A DNA stretch of 64,000 bases from NCBI GenBank assembly GCA_965228855.1, contig CBDDIJ010000003.1, positions 2,496,001-2,560,000 on the forward strand, given 5' to 3'. The position numbers and the translations under genes are program-made. How positions within the stretch are numbered: position 1 is the first letter of the stretch; the number at the start of each line of letters is the position of its first letter. The notes under the pieces are model-generated. The model was given only the letters and a program-made list of their open reading frames with translations, had not been told where the DNA came from and made no database searches. Source of the DNA: Candidatus Obscuribacterales bacterium (GTDB lineage Bacteria > Cyanobacteriota > Vampirovibrionia > Obscuribacterales > Obscuribacteraceae). Positions 54,601 through 61,100 of this stretch are shown here, piece after piece.

Positions 54601-57497
54601 CTGCTGGCGGAGTTGAACAGTCGCACTACACATTCGTGTACTCCAACGGCGAAGAGAACAAGCAAGTTCAAATTCCAAGCGACTGGTCAATTTCCTTCGG
54701 CGATGATGGAAATCAAATAGTCTCCGACGCAAGCGGAAATCCGATGATTCTCCTGGACGGCGACTCGGCTAAGTACGTCGGTCCGGAAGAATTCCAAAGT
54801 CTGTACGGAGACCTGGACGGCGATGTCACCATTCTCGATACGGTGCAGTCGGTTCAATCCTCTGCCGGCCGTGTTACGCTCCTTGATTTCAACCCTGGCA
54901 GCAACGATAGCACCGTTAGCGGTGTCACCAACCTGCTCGATTCTTCAGCGCAGGTCTTGAGTCAGAATCCTCAAATCGATGCACTCGGTCCGGAACAAGC
55001 CCCGGCAACAGTTGATCCGAACGCAATCGATCCGAATTCCGTCTCACTCAATACGGACTTGGGCATGACCGACCCAGGTCTGCCGATGTTAAACACAAGC
55101 ACTCAAATTGATCCTATCCTTGATGCATTCAACGACCCACCGGCAATGGGCAGCGCCATCGATCCTGTCGCAGGCATGCCTATCGATCCGACCACCGGTC
55201 TTCCTTACAATCCGGAAACCGGAAAACTTCTAGATCCTTCAACAGGTCAGGAAATAGGCAACTATGTTGCGCAGGATAATTCGATTAGCGGAACCACCGG
55301 TATCATCAGTGGTGACAAGACATCGCCGATTGCAGAGAATCCTGGAATCAGCCAGCCAGAAGCCGAGAGTTCACAGAACCTGGCGGATATTCTAAATGAC
55401 GAGATTCTTCGAATCCACGACAACATCGAGTCGCGCCTCGAAGAAATTAGAAATGGTGTACATGGAACACGGATAGACGACGATAGTGTTATCGCGAGCT
55501 TCGCTCCTGAATCGGCGTCTGATGTTTCCTCCAGAATAGACGATATCGATAAAGTCGCCGACGAACGCGAGCAGCACAAGCAAGATCGCATCAAAGACGA
55601 AGAGGAACGCAAGCGCGACGAGGAAGAAGAGCGGCTCAAGAAGCGCAAAGAGGATATCAAAAAACTCGCAGACACGATGCAAGCAATCATCGCTACCAAG
55701 CGTCGTGAGGAGATGGAACGCGTCAGAAAGCTGCTGGAGCAACAACGCAAGATCGAAGAATTCATCGTCAAGGATACGCGCCAGTCGAAGTACACCGTAC
55801 GCTACGGCGATACACTCGAGTCGATCGCTAAGAAAATGTTCAAAGATCCGCGTGTCGCAACCCTTATCTACGATATGAACAAGAGCAAGGTAACTGCCGA
55901 GAACGTCGACGGCAAGTCTGTCTACCATGTCAAGCCGGGTACCGAACTTAAGCTTCCGAGCCCTCGTCAAGCACGCGAATGGGTTATGCGCGGCAAGCAC
56001 ATGCAGACCGATCAAGCAGCAGCAGACAAGGTCCGTAAAATCACGGAGAAAGAGAAAGCTGAACTCGACGACCGTCGCAAGCACGTCGAATCGATGCTCG
56101 GTGCCGTCGGTTATGTTGGACCGAATACCGAGGACGGCGGAGTCAAATACAACGTACGGCTGGGTGATTCGTTGCGTTCAGTAGCTATGAAACATCCGAT
56201 GTTGAACGACGTTAGTCTCTGGAGACTGCTCGCAGAGAAGAATGATTTGCCCACTACCACCGACAATCATGGTATACCGACTGCCATTCTGAAACGTGGA
56301 ACGAAGCTCCTGATGCCGACGAAGCAAGAAATTGTCGACTTCCGGAAGAAGATCGGCGTGCTTACGCACCCCGCCTCGACCTGGATCAACAACACTTCCA
56401 AAGACGGTCCTGAATCATCTATTCACTCGAAGAAGTGCTCGGACTGCAAACGTCAAGCTCCAATCGGCGTGGCGATCTGCCCGAGCTGTGGTCATATTTT
56501 CGAATCTGTCATAACCGGCGGCGTCGCCAAACAATCATTCACAATCGTCACGAAACCGCCGAAGGCCGGTATCCAAACCAAAGACGATTCGATTACCGCC
56601 GACTCCAATCGCAAGAGCGGAGTTAAGACAAAGGACGACGAGTTCGCAAAGGATCCGCTTGTCGAAACGGCTGACGATAACAAAGTCGTTGATCTCTCTA
56701 ACCATGGCGTATCCACATCAGAAGAAGTTTCAATTTCTGAAGACGGCGAACCGGCGACTGCCACTGCCAATGGTGCGAAGACGAACGACCAGTCAGGCGT
56801 CAAGACTACCGAAGAGCGCAAACCTTTTGTTTCAACGTCGTCGAGTGACAACGGCGTACCAACAGAGGAAGATAGAACGGTATTCGTAAATCCAGGCGCA
56901 TCAGTCGACCCAAGCAGCGCGATAACTCAAGAGCTCGGTGACGATTACGAGAATACAGTCATCGTCAAAGATGGCATCGTCACGGCCCAACTACCGGACG
57001 ACTCAGATTCGACCGTGATAGTAACCGGCGCGCCGAAGCAACCAATCTCGGACGCAGTCAGCGCTTCCGAAAGTCTACTTCAGGGCATATCTTCACTTCA
57101 TAAGCGTGCTACTACTGGCGGTGTCGATACAGGTGGTGTCACGACCGGTGGCGTCAATACGGGTGGAGTTTCCAGCCAGCAACTGCAGGTTGAACGCTTC
57201 ACAGAACAATTGAGTGAGACTTGCCGACTTGTCCAACTAGATTCCTCACGTGCTAACAAGCGCAGCACCAGACTTCAACTCGAAGTGCTTCGCGACGGCA
57301 AGTGGTCACCTGTAATTGCATACGAAATCGCTGCGGAAAAATCAGTCCGCCACGAGTACAGCCTGAGCGGAAAGACGAAGTCTATGAAGATGGACCTACC
57401 GAGCGGCGCTCTGGAAGCGATGGTGCAAAACGACCTGACCCGCAACTGGAAATCATACTGCGAAAAATTCCTGACCGGCAAGAAGATCTCGGCTTAG
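39672..57497 (+). CDS. 5941-aa giant protein: YD-like beta repeats, helical repeats, coiled coil, T/Q/G stalk, 2 LysM-like, Zn ribbon, shared C-terminal domain (paralog 3)
   Basis: Uninterrupted 17.8-kb ORF; KYTVRYGDTLESIA, YNVRLGDSLRSVA, CSDC..CPSC, DLP..MVQNDLTRNWKSY. Confidence 0.92.
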   Translation: MADKPDPKAENAKDPSTEPVKPTSDSTASKPDAGDSHVVSSTNPNVQTDVAASSMTDAVEKAQTLNQAERQDQTGTQFVQGPDKSDVELFDSSKEPASDAAKKTGDSDQPEKKEVAESADTGVKTEQSESKPDAGTEAILSKLPADHQRVLEGLPPDARANFAKQIDGMEGEFAQKMKAQQLSALVDTFNKTTKNGENAKIGDTINVEGVVRSIQAERARGTSAANRGGSATAALVSEAPPTRTEATDPNHGTIAEARQPVKRETSTPTAPSDVPSSQVATGDVPVTVVKSAEPVDIASADPRKAEAEQRQAAGDKQVSDFIATQTGEAKAPADSRKSIAQQGFEPKPGAYNPVNVPGFSEEGVGDQHTSLKESKVDNYDIESRQMSSMTRNSDNSITRTYTGAIDTAGMISFSSDTTFQAHETITKDNKLESRSVTYNQPLELTFDTPDGPKKIADVKAVDTKYDAARDRYVSTIRSADGSQHEAIVKTDGSVEKFEQTVKLTTAEYTKGVETKVWQDRNGTITQVQEGDERWSKQSGTDKWVKQNANGDYIDANNKVVSSASEAASFTGRYEFVTSPQKGLAKVDTAQQQAITKYADGSQERIVGLKGAPEFTVRTSADGKVSLDSQCGHFSVDDKSMEVLPNGDIKFKDTDGQKTLNTDGSLTSTYSNRTNSFQSVTEGFSPEGGRYIKSINFGEQAKISGMDMAGTWTLGEDGKLHNGSKTFDGELKLKDSSTLSYTVMAPEGVEGNGVLHGDGSNYTAYYDAGKNFSKSVEGLKDGSTIERRYSFTPDEQKELNARYGDQFNFNEITRTDAKGQTIKLIEAASKGHVDGEDDSHIVQATDPTGRTWSLINQDKNTWGEIDAKGKPVKGTNGEQNTFTGNWAMRKDGSGNSTVTRIIGAQSETNNAFSARFLVDYRSDGEITITNQEVPMIGYSTDAMIGPGVQRGANGDLTITSVNTKDQLTIKANGDVVSSNLALNPYGTTGLVEGTDAEGQNYVKEITFNGQSTTGPGAGTWRRDGDSSSEKWQQIDSSGKPTGKTFDGEITMNSRLSGDMTIKDNKKHTVDSVTTATGFERHEQYASNNKDLVSSYEKAPDKSTITHDVTSDSKTIKEYGLDEHVKPPVDKTVVTDANGNKITYYSAKDAEGKDYTARVDAPSGTWIRGGDSSSNQWNKATAETNEKGDTVYKQTGETFYGNVERVGKTAIFTNDRDNQRTYYQPDGSFERQLLTEKTEVLSNLDVRSTKQPEYTIRSDARGNRSIVDNNTGKTYSTTDGAGNPLKVDDKGNMTFTDGSGRTITIAQDGSRKVVDANKNELTTDAGGRMLQQKDANGKTVANYNYEQKGDQVYLKSFENASGYWEMTQLADGKQKWDLMNGKDGATATMQADRIYINRDNSMVLENGDQRTVRKLDGTEIVETSVMTGDITTTTVVVGKRDGENFTPAYTLKTTTDKHDIQTQELESAGERAVRGKDGIWTSTDLKTGEVTKFAGQISIDDSGTLRKVTFETERNGDTVTVLKNKDGTPRISNTVDVYTNGSSWQSYENGAMVSRDRDGDVQFRQTAAGEVTRIDYSTTSPKEVVGFSQGNTYWKFNKETGKYVPTDINNPSKILDQQNDAQVTITINNRNGDIVRTNIPTGDVNTSKLDGTTELHRKDNTIVYTDSQGRPTKQIDANKNEFDLTYGPKGDLSSIKARIYTGVDDKGQPTYKDMMVRTEDYTGPGAETAIVGKNLKIEGFNDRYLAYENSKGHRVEIYPDTTMREFAGKDVTSGVIRVDLPSKVTVLAKGYDEKSTEQPFEDLAKRGPIIRDAEIVATPKTDFDRLRALGRDLPAPPATPQEIKASERSIIYKNADGNVVERWANGATQEFQKVPKTPGSSETVTRIKSSTDSTGRYIEYSYDDSKVVSTVPNKIEITAMVPGADGKMVPSTSVLQRDKDGNATWTEAGKQPVAIKNFNVLDNRIMIAHTSDDPNNPKFLEFIDTRNATSQVIGKDRSLTDFDAQGRMTHKRDAAGNEFNFFYKGDDKIPSTLQNMDGSWTRTVDSQNPNSSEQTWVHAESGAVWKGTVSTEGGIYKFENAEGKQTIHQADGTDRSTYRDGTVEVSKEGKVLSVTDTTGNITKYEYGEDGNAPYPTDFKVYNADGKVVANSDSFVKRNSDGSIDAANQIKKIEIDPATGRPVVTYNSDSVMKLSVNGVGIVSDKESKITGLFRPEDHKFIESGKDGVKEITVDKNGKIEIKKGDGSSEYFKSEGTRVVTDAAGNSIEAHSIDGVTVLKYDYALNEKTGKSELTSLTRMTKDEKGVDQITKIVKDGDKFVERSGTSEANLKPTGNVYDSMSSYSDNVYFYNKAQKTQRTIDANGTEWEVRRFGEGSDERFTRVERDTLGRVTTVQDQNYNITHFVRNADGELTRIIQGDDELFKTKDNTWVSSANPDLQIHLKDGAAGPTITANGDQIWQDKDNVTRTVKADGSVEISRPDGSQTIISADGSLTRTIYSPTGGGEVQEVRAGKDGSVQVIMRNGDVLSQSAYSKIITSTTRTPAEFEGSLEVGKDGQLTFFTQSDKSTNVYFSDGRAKYLQHVVTGDIGAIVSKDLKGQSPENIKAITDAIKARPADAESVLKEYGIDKDSAQGRQLMKDLEAAMMYTDKNSEAVYSSLNDLGAVGPYRIDNEFNMNDAREVNTMNRGLDALNRSYYAPEQQTPTNSQQPGQIPQTQTNPNGPPPGSDLAGGSPPISDHGQAQNVVDENARRIEATLKTATKADGKPLSSEELKDVASQLSSNPQNAEALLKEKGFDTSTAKALSDTIKSQHDTANDTARDDIIKQALKDGGVPANRIDEIAGQIKADPNNIEKILERNSVPADSVPKIMDSYKSDMAALDKAAGSIIGDNLKRSGLPAEKQAEVAAQIQAHPENALQILRDAGVPEANATRIANEINKDMRTFNQIRETAESRHIDAQTAASVALETYNNPENVTAALARAGVEASVAREVGQQASRDVVSDNVIVAPTPVIVAPAQNGPPTDVIRTGSHTNVNDIPPNTTDVANDFNRSRAQVDALNAAAEQQRVANFEQKREVGSKADERADRVGDEIAKEAIREEARAKERLESDNKHREEQRQQEQRDAEKRAEEQQRVQKQQEEERTRREEEQRKQAEEIKQRQEQERRELEERQKDERERADKARLESLEREQRVAKDNLLKQQEQARLERDRSLAESNRQKDLADQRATGGKIETEKPAPVVGKFEGQTQTNPRNTTDSTAPTTPPRPPETRGETRQPDAPRTTTPGSDVRQPEAPRTTTGPDARQPDAPRTTPGSETRQPDAPRTTPGSETRPQEAPRTTTGADARPQETSKLPGSDTRPDVRPSSTPLEAGSARPTTVPGADLAKAQTAGSASAPDGALKRDAAGNFTKVDANGSVIKVDASGKPITTKEAPLGKTGELGPDGKPVESVDTKGDTSKTSADKGDGDHNSPIVVPGTVTPPAGEVVQKPAGPAPAVPVEGGALDRSGTAPAGDIVKGPGKMSDTVAENTVDKVTPQPGPVQPGSVSGTTTTTANQSTGATPPGGQDPAQTVPAGQAPGHTPPAAGSQTTAPATDPLNRSTVDPSGNVTTLPAGSQPPAGQTQTQTQTGKEPSAPAGTQTSPVGTAPTQQQGQGQNPGPTQGQGQTPAAQDPSTQSPGTGTTPQPAGQGQGQTQPQQPSTTAPATDPLNRNSAPSGPATQPTGQTPAAQTPAGQAPTGQEPSQQTSSQTSPGTGQTQTGQTQTGQTQSGQPTSQTPAGQTQTPAGQAPTGQTPAGQQPTGSSTPDPLPKTTTDPGTTTQVPAGQTQSGQSNTGQPTTGQTTTGQPTSGQPTSQTPTGQTSGQNQTGQQQTTPTGSSTPDPLPKTSTDPGTTTQVPAGQTQTGQTTTGQTTTGQTTTNQPTSGQPTTGQTPTGQQPSGQTGTSTPDPLPKTGTEPGTTTQVPSGQTQTGQSTTGQTTTGQPTTGQPTGQTPTGQQTSGQTGTATPDPLPKTGTEPGTTTQVPSGQSTSNNAGPTGQTTTGQTTTGQTTTGQPPAGQTPSGQTPTGQTTTGQEPAQQLPKQSDPGSTSTTTGHLPTSGQTTPGQTQSPTSGQTTGQTDPQSQQSPTGLPSQTVPSGHAGQTQNPTGTTSQQGTASTPTSDPSTSLPKTVDPNAPASTTGNTTTSTHTGTTQSGTVPTGTNTTGTTTTGTTQTGTNPTGTSQSGTAPTQTPQTGAPSGSTQGGTVQNGNVTTDPSSGMPAGTTTSHATQTTSTGNAPAGPSSDPGSIGNASSHGSAAPTHSSTSGQAVNAAVQDMASQIATTAVVVAVINSMSSHGSQQPQVQQKPTVDPGSTTVSSTPPQLPSSAPSSYSQPANHSGSTTYTPPASSTTSNTDPSSNTSGGSTTISTGSSTTHTSSTSTQAPASPQPASEPTSSSSQPQSTNPEPKQVAQASEPTAQPSPQHHSNAPQTNTATTPPSTHAPSVSTTVQPGTLQQQPQSSNPAHSISNTSQNQTAEPAHSTATSQSAQPAPANSGNIASTTTTQNSTSSAPDPSQASSVGNTDDEQSHSHASAATHANATQQGPADPGQNAQPTTTTVVHTQTANRSQHQGQQNTAPQPRQAAQPASHNTSGAHGQQGQTPAQQAPAHTASGGTTSGNSSSSTSGNTDPTATTAANSPSTSAAHTTSATTGAHASASPTGAQASTAQGTPADPAAKTNLNNTDPNNDPNAVGIVSNTQADPSSSSSDPTANSQDPAQSQISQDPSMAQDPSMTQDPAGVQDPSIVQDPSTSQDPSTTQEPSTTQAQDPSSAQQQQEPSESQKQAPSSSSEESDVTAISDRSEQMEAQKYANDSQETQLQREPQESIDKQPVVDDWSVEPTYDAAAERARIEAQVDSYFESQKTVDPPFVDMSGDRVIEKHMPDGTTLLTFNDGVSAWVKGDQVTVIDSEGDISSFVGRIDTADGNVTIYDANDIVIHSTEPIVESAGGVEQSHYTFVYSNGEENKQVQIPSDWSISFGDDGNQIVSDASGNPMILLDGDSAKYVGPEEFQSLYGDLDGDVTILDTVQSVQSSAGRVTLLDFNPGSNDSTVSGVTNLLDSSAQVLSQNPQIDALGPEQAPATVDPNAIDPNSVSLNTDLGMTDPGLPMLNTSTQIDPILDAFNDPPAMGSAIDPVAGMPIDPTTGLPYNPETGKLLDPSTGQEIGNYVAQDNSISGTTGIISGDKTSPIAENPGISQPEAESSQNLADILNDEILRIHDNIESRLEEIRNGVHGTRIDDDSVIASFAPESASDVSSRIDDIDKVADEREQHKQDRIKDEEERKRDEEEERLKKRKEDIKKLADTMQAIIATKRREEMERVRKLLEQQRKIEEFIVKDTRQSKYTVRYGDTLESIAKKMFKDPRVATLIYDMNKSKVTAENVDGKSVYHVKPGTELKLPSPRQAREWVMRGKHMQTDQAAADKVRKITEKEKAELDDRRKHVESMLGAVGYVGPNTEDGGVKYNVRLGDSLRSVAMKHPMLNDVSLWRLLAEKNDLPTTTDNHGIPTAILKRGTKLLMPTKQEIVDFRKKIGVLTHPASTWINNTSKDGPESSIHSKKCSDCKRQAPIGVAICPSCGHIFESVITGGVAKQSFTIVTKPPKAGIQTKDDSITADSNRKSGVKTKDDEFAKDPLVETADDNKVVDLSNHGVSTSEEVSISEDGEPATATANGAKTNDQSGVKTTEERKPFVSTSSSDNGVPTEEDRTVFVNPGASVDPSSAITQELGDDYENTVIVKDGIVTAQLPDDSDSTVIVTGAPKQPISDAVSASESLLQGISSLHKRATTGGVDTGGVTTGGVNTGGVSSQQLQVERFTEQLSETCRLVQLDSSRANKRSTRLQLEVLRDGKWSPVIAYEIAAEKSVRHEYSLSGKTKSMKMDLPSGALEAMVQNDLTRNWKSYCEKFLTGKKISA
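49480..49745. repeat. About 13-aa coding repeat (RQPDAPRTTPGSE/D)
   Basis: 5-6 units visible in the translation. Confidence 0.8.
50800..52330. repeat. Nested coding repeats: (TTGQx)n pentapeptides with four TPDPLPKT..PGTTTQVP anchors
   Basis: GGTCA at ~15-bp period; anchors at 51063, 51285, 51483, 51663. Confidence 0.85.
53900..54080. repeat. 18-bp coding repeat (QDPSxx)
   Basis: CAAGATCC recurs; about 9 units. Confidence 0.8.
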
Positions 57498-57552
57498 AGC
57501 GTTCTGGTTCGAACGCTTACCGCCGCGCTTGAGTTCCTAAAGGCGCTCGGAT

Positions 57553-58128
57553 TCAGTCTGCCGTCAGCTCCCGGAATCTAGTAAGTTCGCCATCATGGGT
57601 CATGTTGCGGAGCTTGTAAACAACATCGACGGTAATTCGCTCACCCTCAACTGTTAGAAAGTGGTGATTGTTATCATCGTCGAAAAAAACCGCATAGTGT
57701 TTCAGCGTACCGGGTTTCTGCTCCCAGTAGTAAAACAACGAGCGTCCATTGAATTTCGCACCTGGAACTCTTTTGCGCTCACCCCAGACATCGACAATGA
57801 TTCCAGCATCGTCCATCATGAGTACAATCTCTTCGGCGGGTCCCTCGTCCGCATCTTGAAACGGCAGCTGCGGAGGATGTAGAACCAAAAATTCATCTGT
57901 GAATTCTGCTACCGGAGCATTGCGACCAGCAGAGGAGAACGTTTTTCCGCGACTGTCGCGCAGCGTTTTTTTCAGGTCACGAACATCGAGTTCGTCCACA
58001 AAACTGAGCGATTCGGTAAACTGCTCACCGGATGGGAAAGCATTTCCTGTGCCGGTCGGAGAAACACCTGGCAGACTTGCATGTCCGCCCTGGGCATCGT
58101 TGTTAGATTCGTCGTCTTGAGGGTCCAT
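57553..58128 (-). CDS. Hypothetical protein downstream of the ATPase
   Basis: 191-aa ORF; disordered N-terminus, beta-rich C-terminus. Confidence 0.7.
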   Translation of the reverse strand: MDPQDDESNNDAQGGHASLPGVSPTGTGNAFPSGEQFTESLSFVDELDVRDLKKTLRDSRGKTFSSAGRNAPVAEFTDEFLVLHPPQLPFQDADEGPAEEIVLMMDDAGIIVDVWGERKRVPGAKFNGRSLFYYWEQKPGTLKHYAVFFDDDNNHHFLTVEGERITVDVVYKLRNMTHDGELTRFRELTAD

Positions 58129-58173
58129 AAACTATTCTGTTCCAACCGCGCTTCGTGCTTGAGACCTAGTCTA

Positions 58174-61100
58174 CTAACCTTGTTGTTCCCCGCCGCCTTC
58201 TTCACTTTCCTTCTGGAAATTCTCCAGAGCTGTTCTTACCTTGTGGAGCAAGACCAACTGAGCGTCCGTAGATAGCTGCTGATCCTTAATCAAGTGCGCC
58301 GCCAAACAGTACGCCAGATCGACATCCCCCTGGCTTACCAGACGTTCAGTAAGCAGTCGGCAGAACCACGCAGCAGAGTCGGAAGCCGGCGTGTCCTTTC
58401 GGTTAATCGAAGAATTGAAGTCGAATTTGATTTTTGGATCTCGAACAACTTCCGACACTTCGAATCGATACAAACACTTCGAAGTGCACGGACCACAGGT
58501 AGGAAGCGGTCCCTGGTCACGTTTATGCAATTCGATAAAATCATCGCGCCACTGGCGCAAAACGTTGATGTCCAGTTTTCGGTTCACTTCAGTGGGTTGG
58601 AAGGCTGGTCTCAAGAGGTTCAACCATCGCATGTGCTGCTCTCTCACCTGGTCGTAAAACCAATAATTTTCCTCGCCTTTGCGCTCGAAATATCGTTCGG
58701 TCGCCTGAGTCAGAACGCACCAGGTGATGCCGGTAATATTTCCGGTTCTCGCCCGACCGCCGATGACCCGCTGAATTTCGTGGATAATCTGGGCACGAAA
58801 GTGAACCAGCTGAGTCAAATCTTTCAGCGTGGATAAGAGATAGCGGTTGTAGACTTGCCTGAAAAGCGTATCGTCAGCGACGGGAACTGCTGTGTCCAGA
58901 ATCGTCGAATCGCATCGGTGCAAACAAAAACGGCAGCCGAGATGCCGGTCGAACTTGCCGACGATATCTAACGGTTTCATCGCCTGCCTGACGACTTCAT
59001 CAGATTCTTCCGGTGTCCTCGGCGGTGGCACCTCTTTTGTCTTGTCGAACATGATCGCAAGGTGGAACGGTTGTTCCATCTTCTCAGCGTAAACAATCGC
59101 GCGCCCCTGTCCGAGCGCTGTTACGTGCCTCTTTTGAATGTCGTCCAAGTTCATAGCACCGCCCATGGAGTCACGGTCATCGACCGCCACGATACGGTGC
59201 ATAACTTTCAAGTTAGTGTTCTTCAACGCTTCCGGAGCCAGTTTGTTCGGGATTTGGTCCGCGATGATGAACCCTTGTCCATACGAACGAATTTCTGCAA
59301 GCATGTTGGTGAAGAATTCAACTGCTTTACCCGCAGGGTTGGCGGATTCACCTGATTGCCCGGTCGGCACGTTCTTCAAAAGACGGTGAGCCTCTTCGAT
59401 CAACATGACGTGTTTCAAGTCATCGTGCGGACCGCCGGCTTCTCGATATTCATAGAGGAATACGAGCAACATTCCCATGAGGAAAGACTTTTCACTATCT
59501 TCGGAAACCATCTTCAGTTCGATAACTGTAGGTCTTTTGAACAGCGCTTCAGCAGGGATTGACCGGCGCGTGTTTAGCATCTGCCCCTTACCGCCAATCA
59601 GTAGTGAGCCGATACGGGCTTTCAGAGCGGCTTGTACGTCAGGTCCGATTCTTTCTGAATATCCGAAACTCTCGACGACCGGATCGATAATTTCAAAAAG
59701 ATCCTTCATTGTCGGGTAAATTTCCGGCGGGCAATCGGGGTCGCCAGGGTCGATTCCCGGAGGCAGTCGCCTGTTCTTGTTGTTTACCAGATCCCATCCG
59801 CGAACGTTATAAATTTCGTTCAACGCTTTTTCCAATACCTGCGGCATCGGAGAATACATTTCGAAACTGGCGTTAAATACTGACTTGAGCGCGTCCAGGT
59901 GGGTTTGAACTTTTACGCCTCGCATGATTTCGAAAGGGTTCAATCGAAACGGTGATACTGTTTCATCACCCAGAGAAAACGCCTGTCCAATACCTTTAAA
60001 CTGTTCGGACATCAGCATCATGTGCCGATATTCTGATTTCGCCGGCTCGATAACCATGAATGGAATCTTGTAATTCCAAAGTTGACCCAGCAAGTAGAAG
60101 CAAGTATTCGTCTTGCCGCCCCCTGTTACTCCGCAGACAATGGTGTGTTTCTGCATAGCGTCAACGTCGATGTAATAAAGGTTTCCCGTATCCATGCCGC
60201 GATCGAGGATGTTCCCAATCGCGATCGTTCGCGTCGGATCCTTTGGAGGAACCGGCGCTAGGGAAAACTCTGCGGATCTTCGAATTCGGAAGCCCGGCAT
60301 CTCACGCTTCGGCAAATGAACAAACGCAGACAGCATGCGAGAGTTCAGCGGCGTCAAAAATTTGTACTCTAAGAGATCTTGGAAGATTTCATCGTTTCGT
60401 TTGTTTCTAAGCAATCCGAAAGATTGTACGTGAGGTTGAAGCCCCTTGATCTCGTGCGTGCGAAGCGGTGTCGGACGGCTGGTCTCATCAACATACGTTG
60501 CGCGAATCAAGGACTGTAGCCTGACAAATACAGAACGATCCGGAGCAAAGAAGTAAACAGCAGTCAACCAGTGTCCGACCGCGATACCCAGCTGAACATG
60601 CTTCAAGTAAGCATCTTGAAGTTCGAGATAATATTTGATTCTTCGTTTCTTTTCCGGGTCTTCGTTTTCCTGTGCGCGCTGAATCTGGTCGACAACAGTC
60701 ATCTCTTCCCGGTTTACTTTCTGGTTTGGAATCGGGATTGCGAGCACGAGGAAGCCGAAGTCATGCCCCTGAAGACCAGTAGCAAGACGTTCTATCTGTT
60801 CCGATTCCATGGTATCACCGGCAGTGGACTTCAAAGCCGGGATTCCTGTAACAAGACCGGTATGGACAGCAAGTGGATCAACCATGCGCTTCATCTGCTC
60901 CGTCGTAAACGGCTCATTATGAATATCAACACCGTTGTAGACACTGTGCATGATCGAGCGCAAAGACGTATAAGCAACCATATTCGCACTGCTGTCGCCG
61001 TTGCCGGTTGAGTCGGCAGGCAGCGAGACGCCCATATAGTAGTTGACCCCGGTCTTGTTTCCGAGTACAACGAACGAAAGATTAGCTTTCTGGCTGTGCA

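Noticed and set aside
39672..57497. Classical RHS toxin, RTX or autotransporter call
   Set aside because: No RHS terminal motif with toxin/immunity pair, no GGxGxD repeats, no signal peptide or beta-barrel end seen
28972..57532. Many antisense and alternate-frame ORFs inside the giant genes
   Set aside because: Shadows of repetitive, codon-biased coding sequence with no independent features
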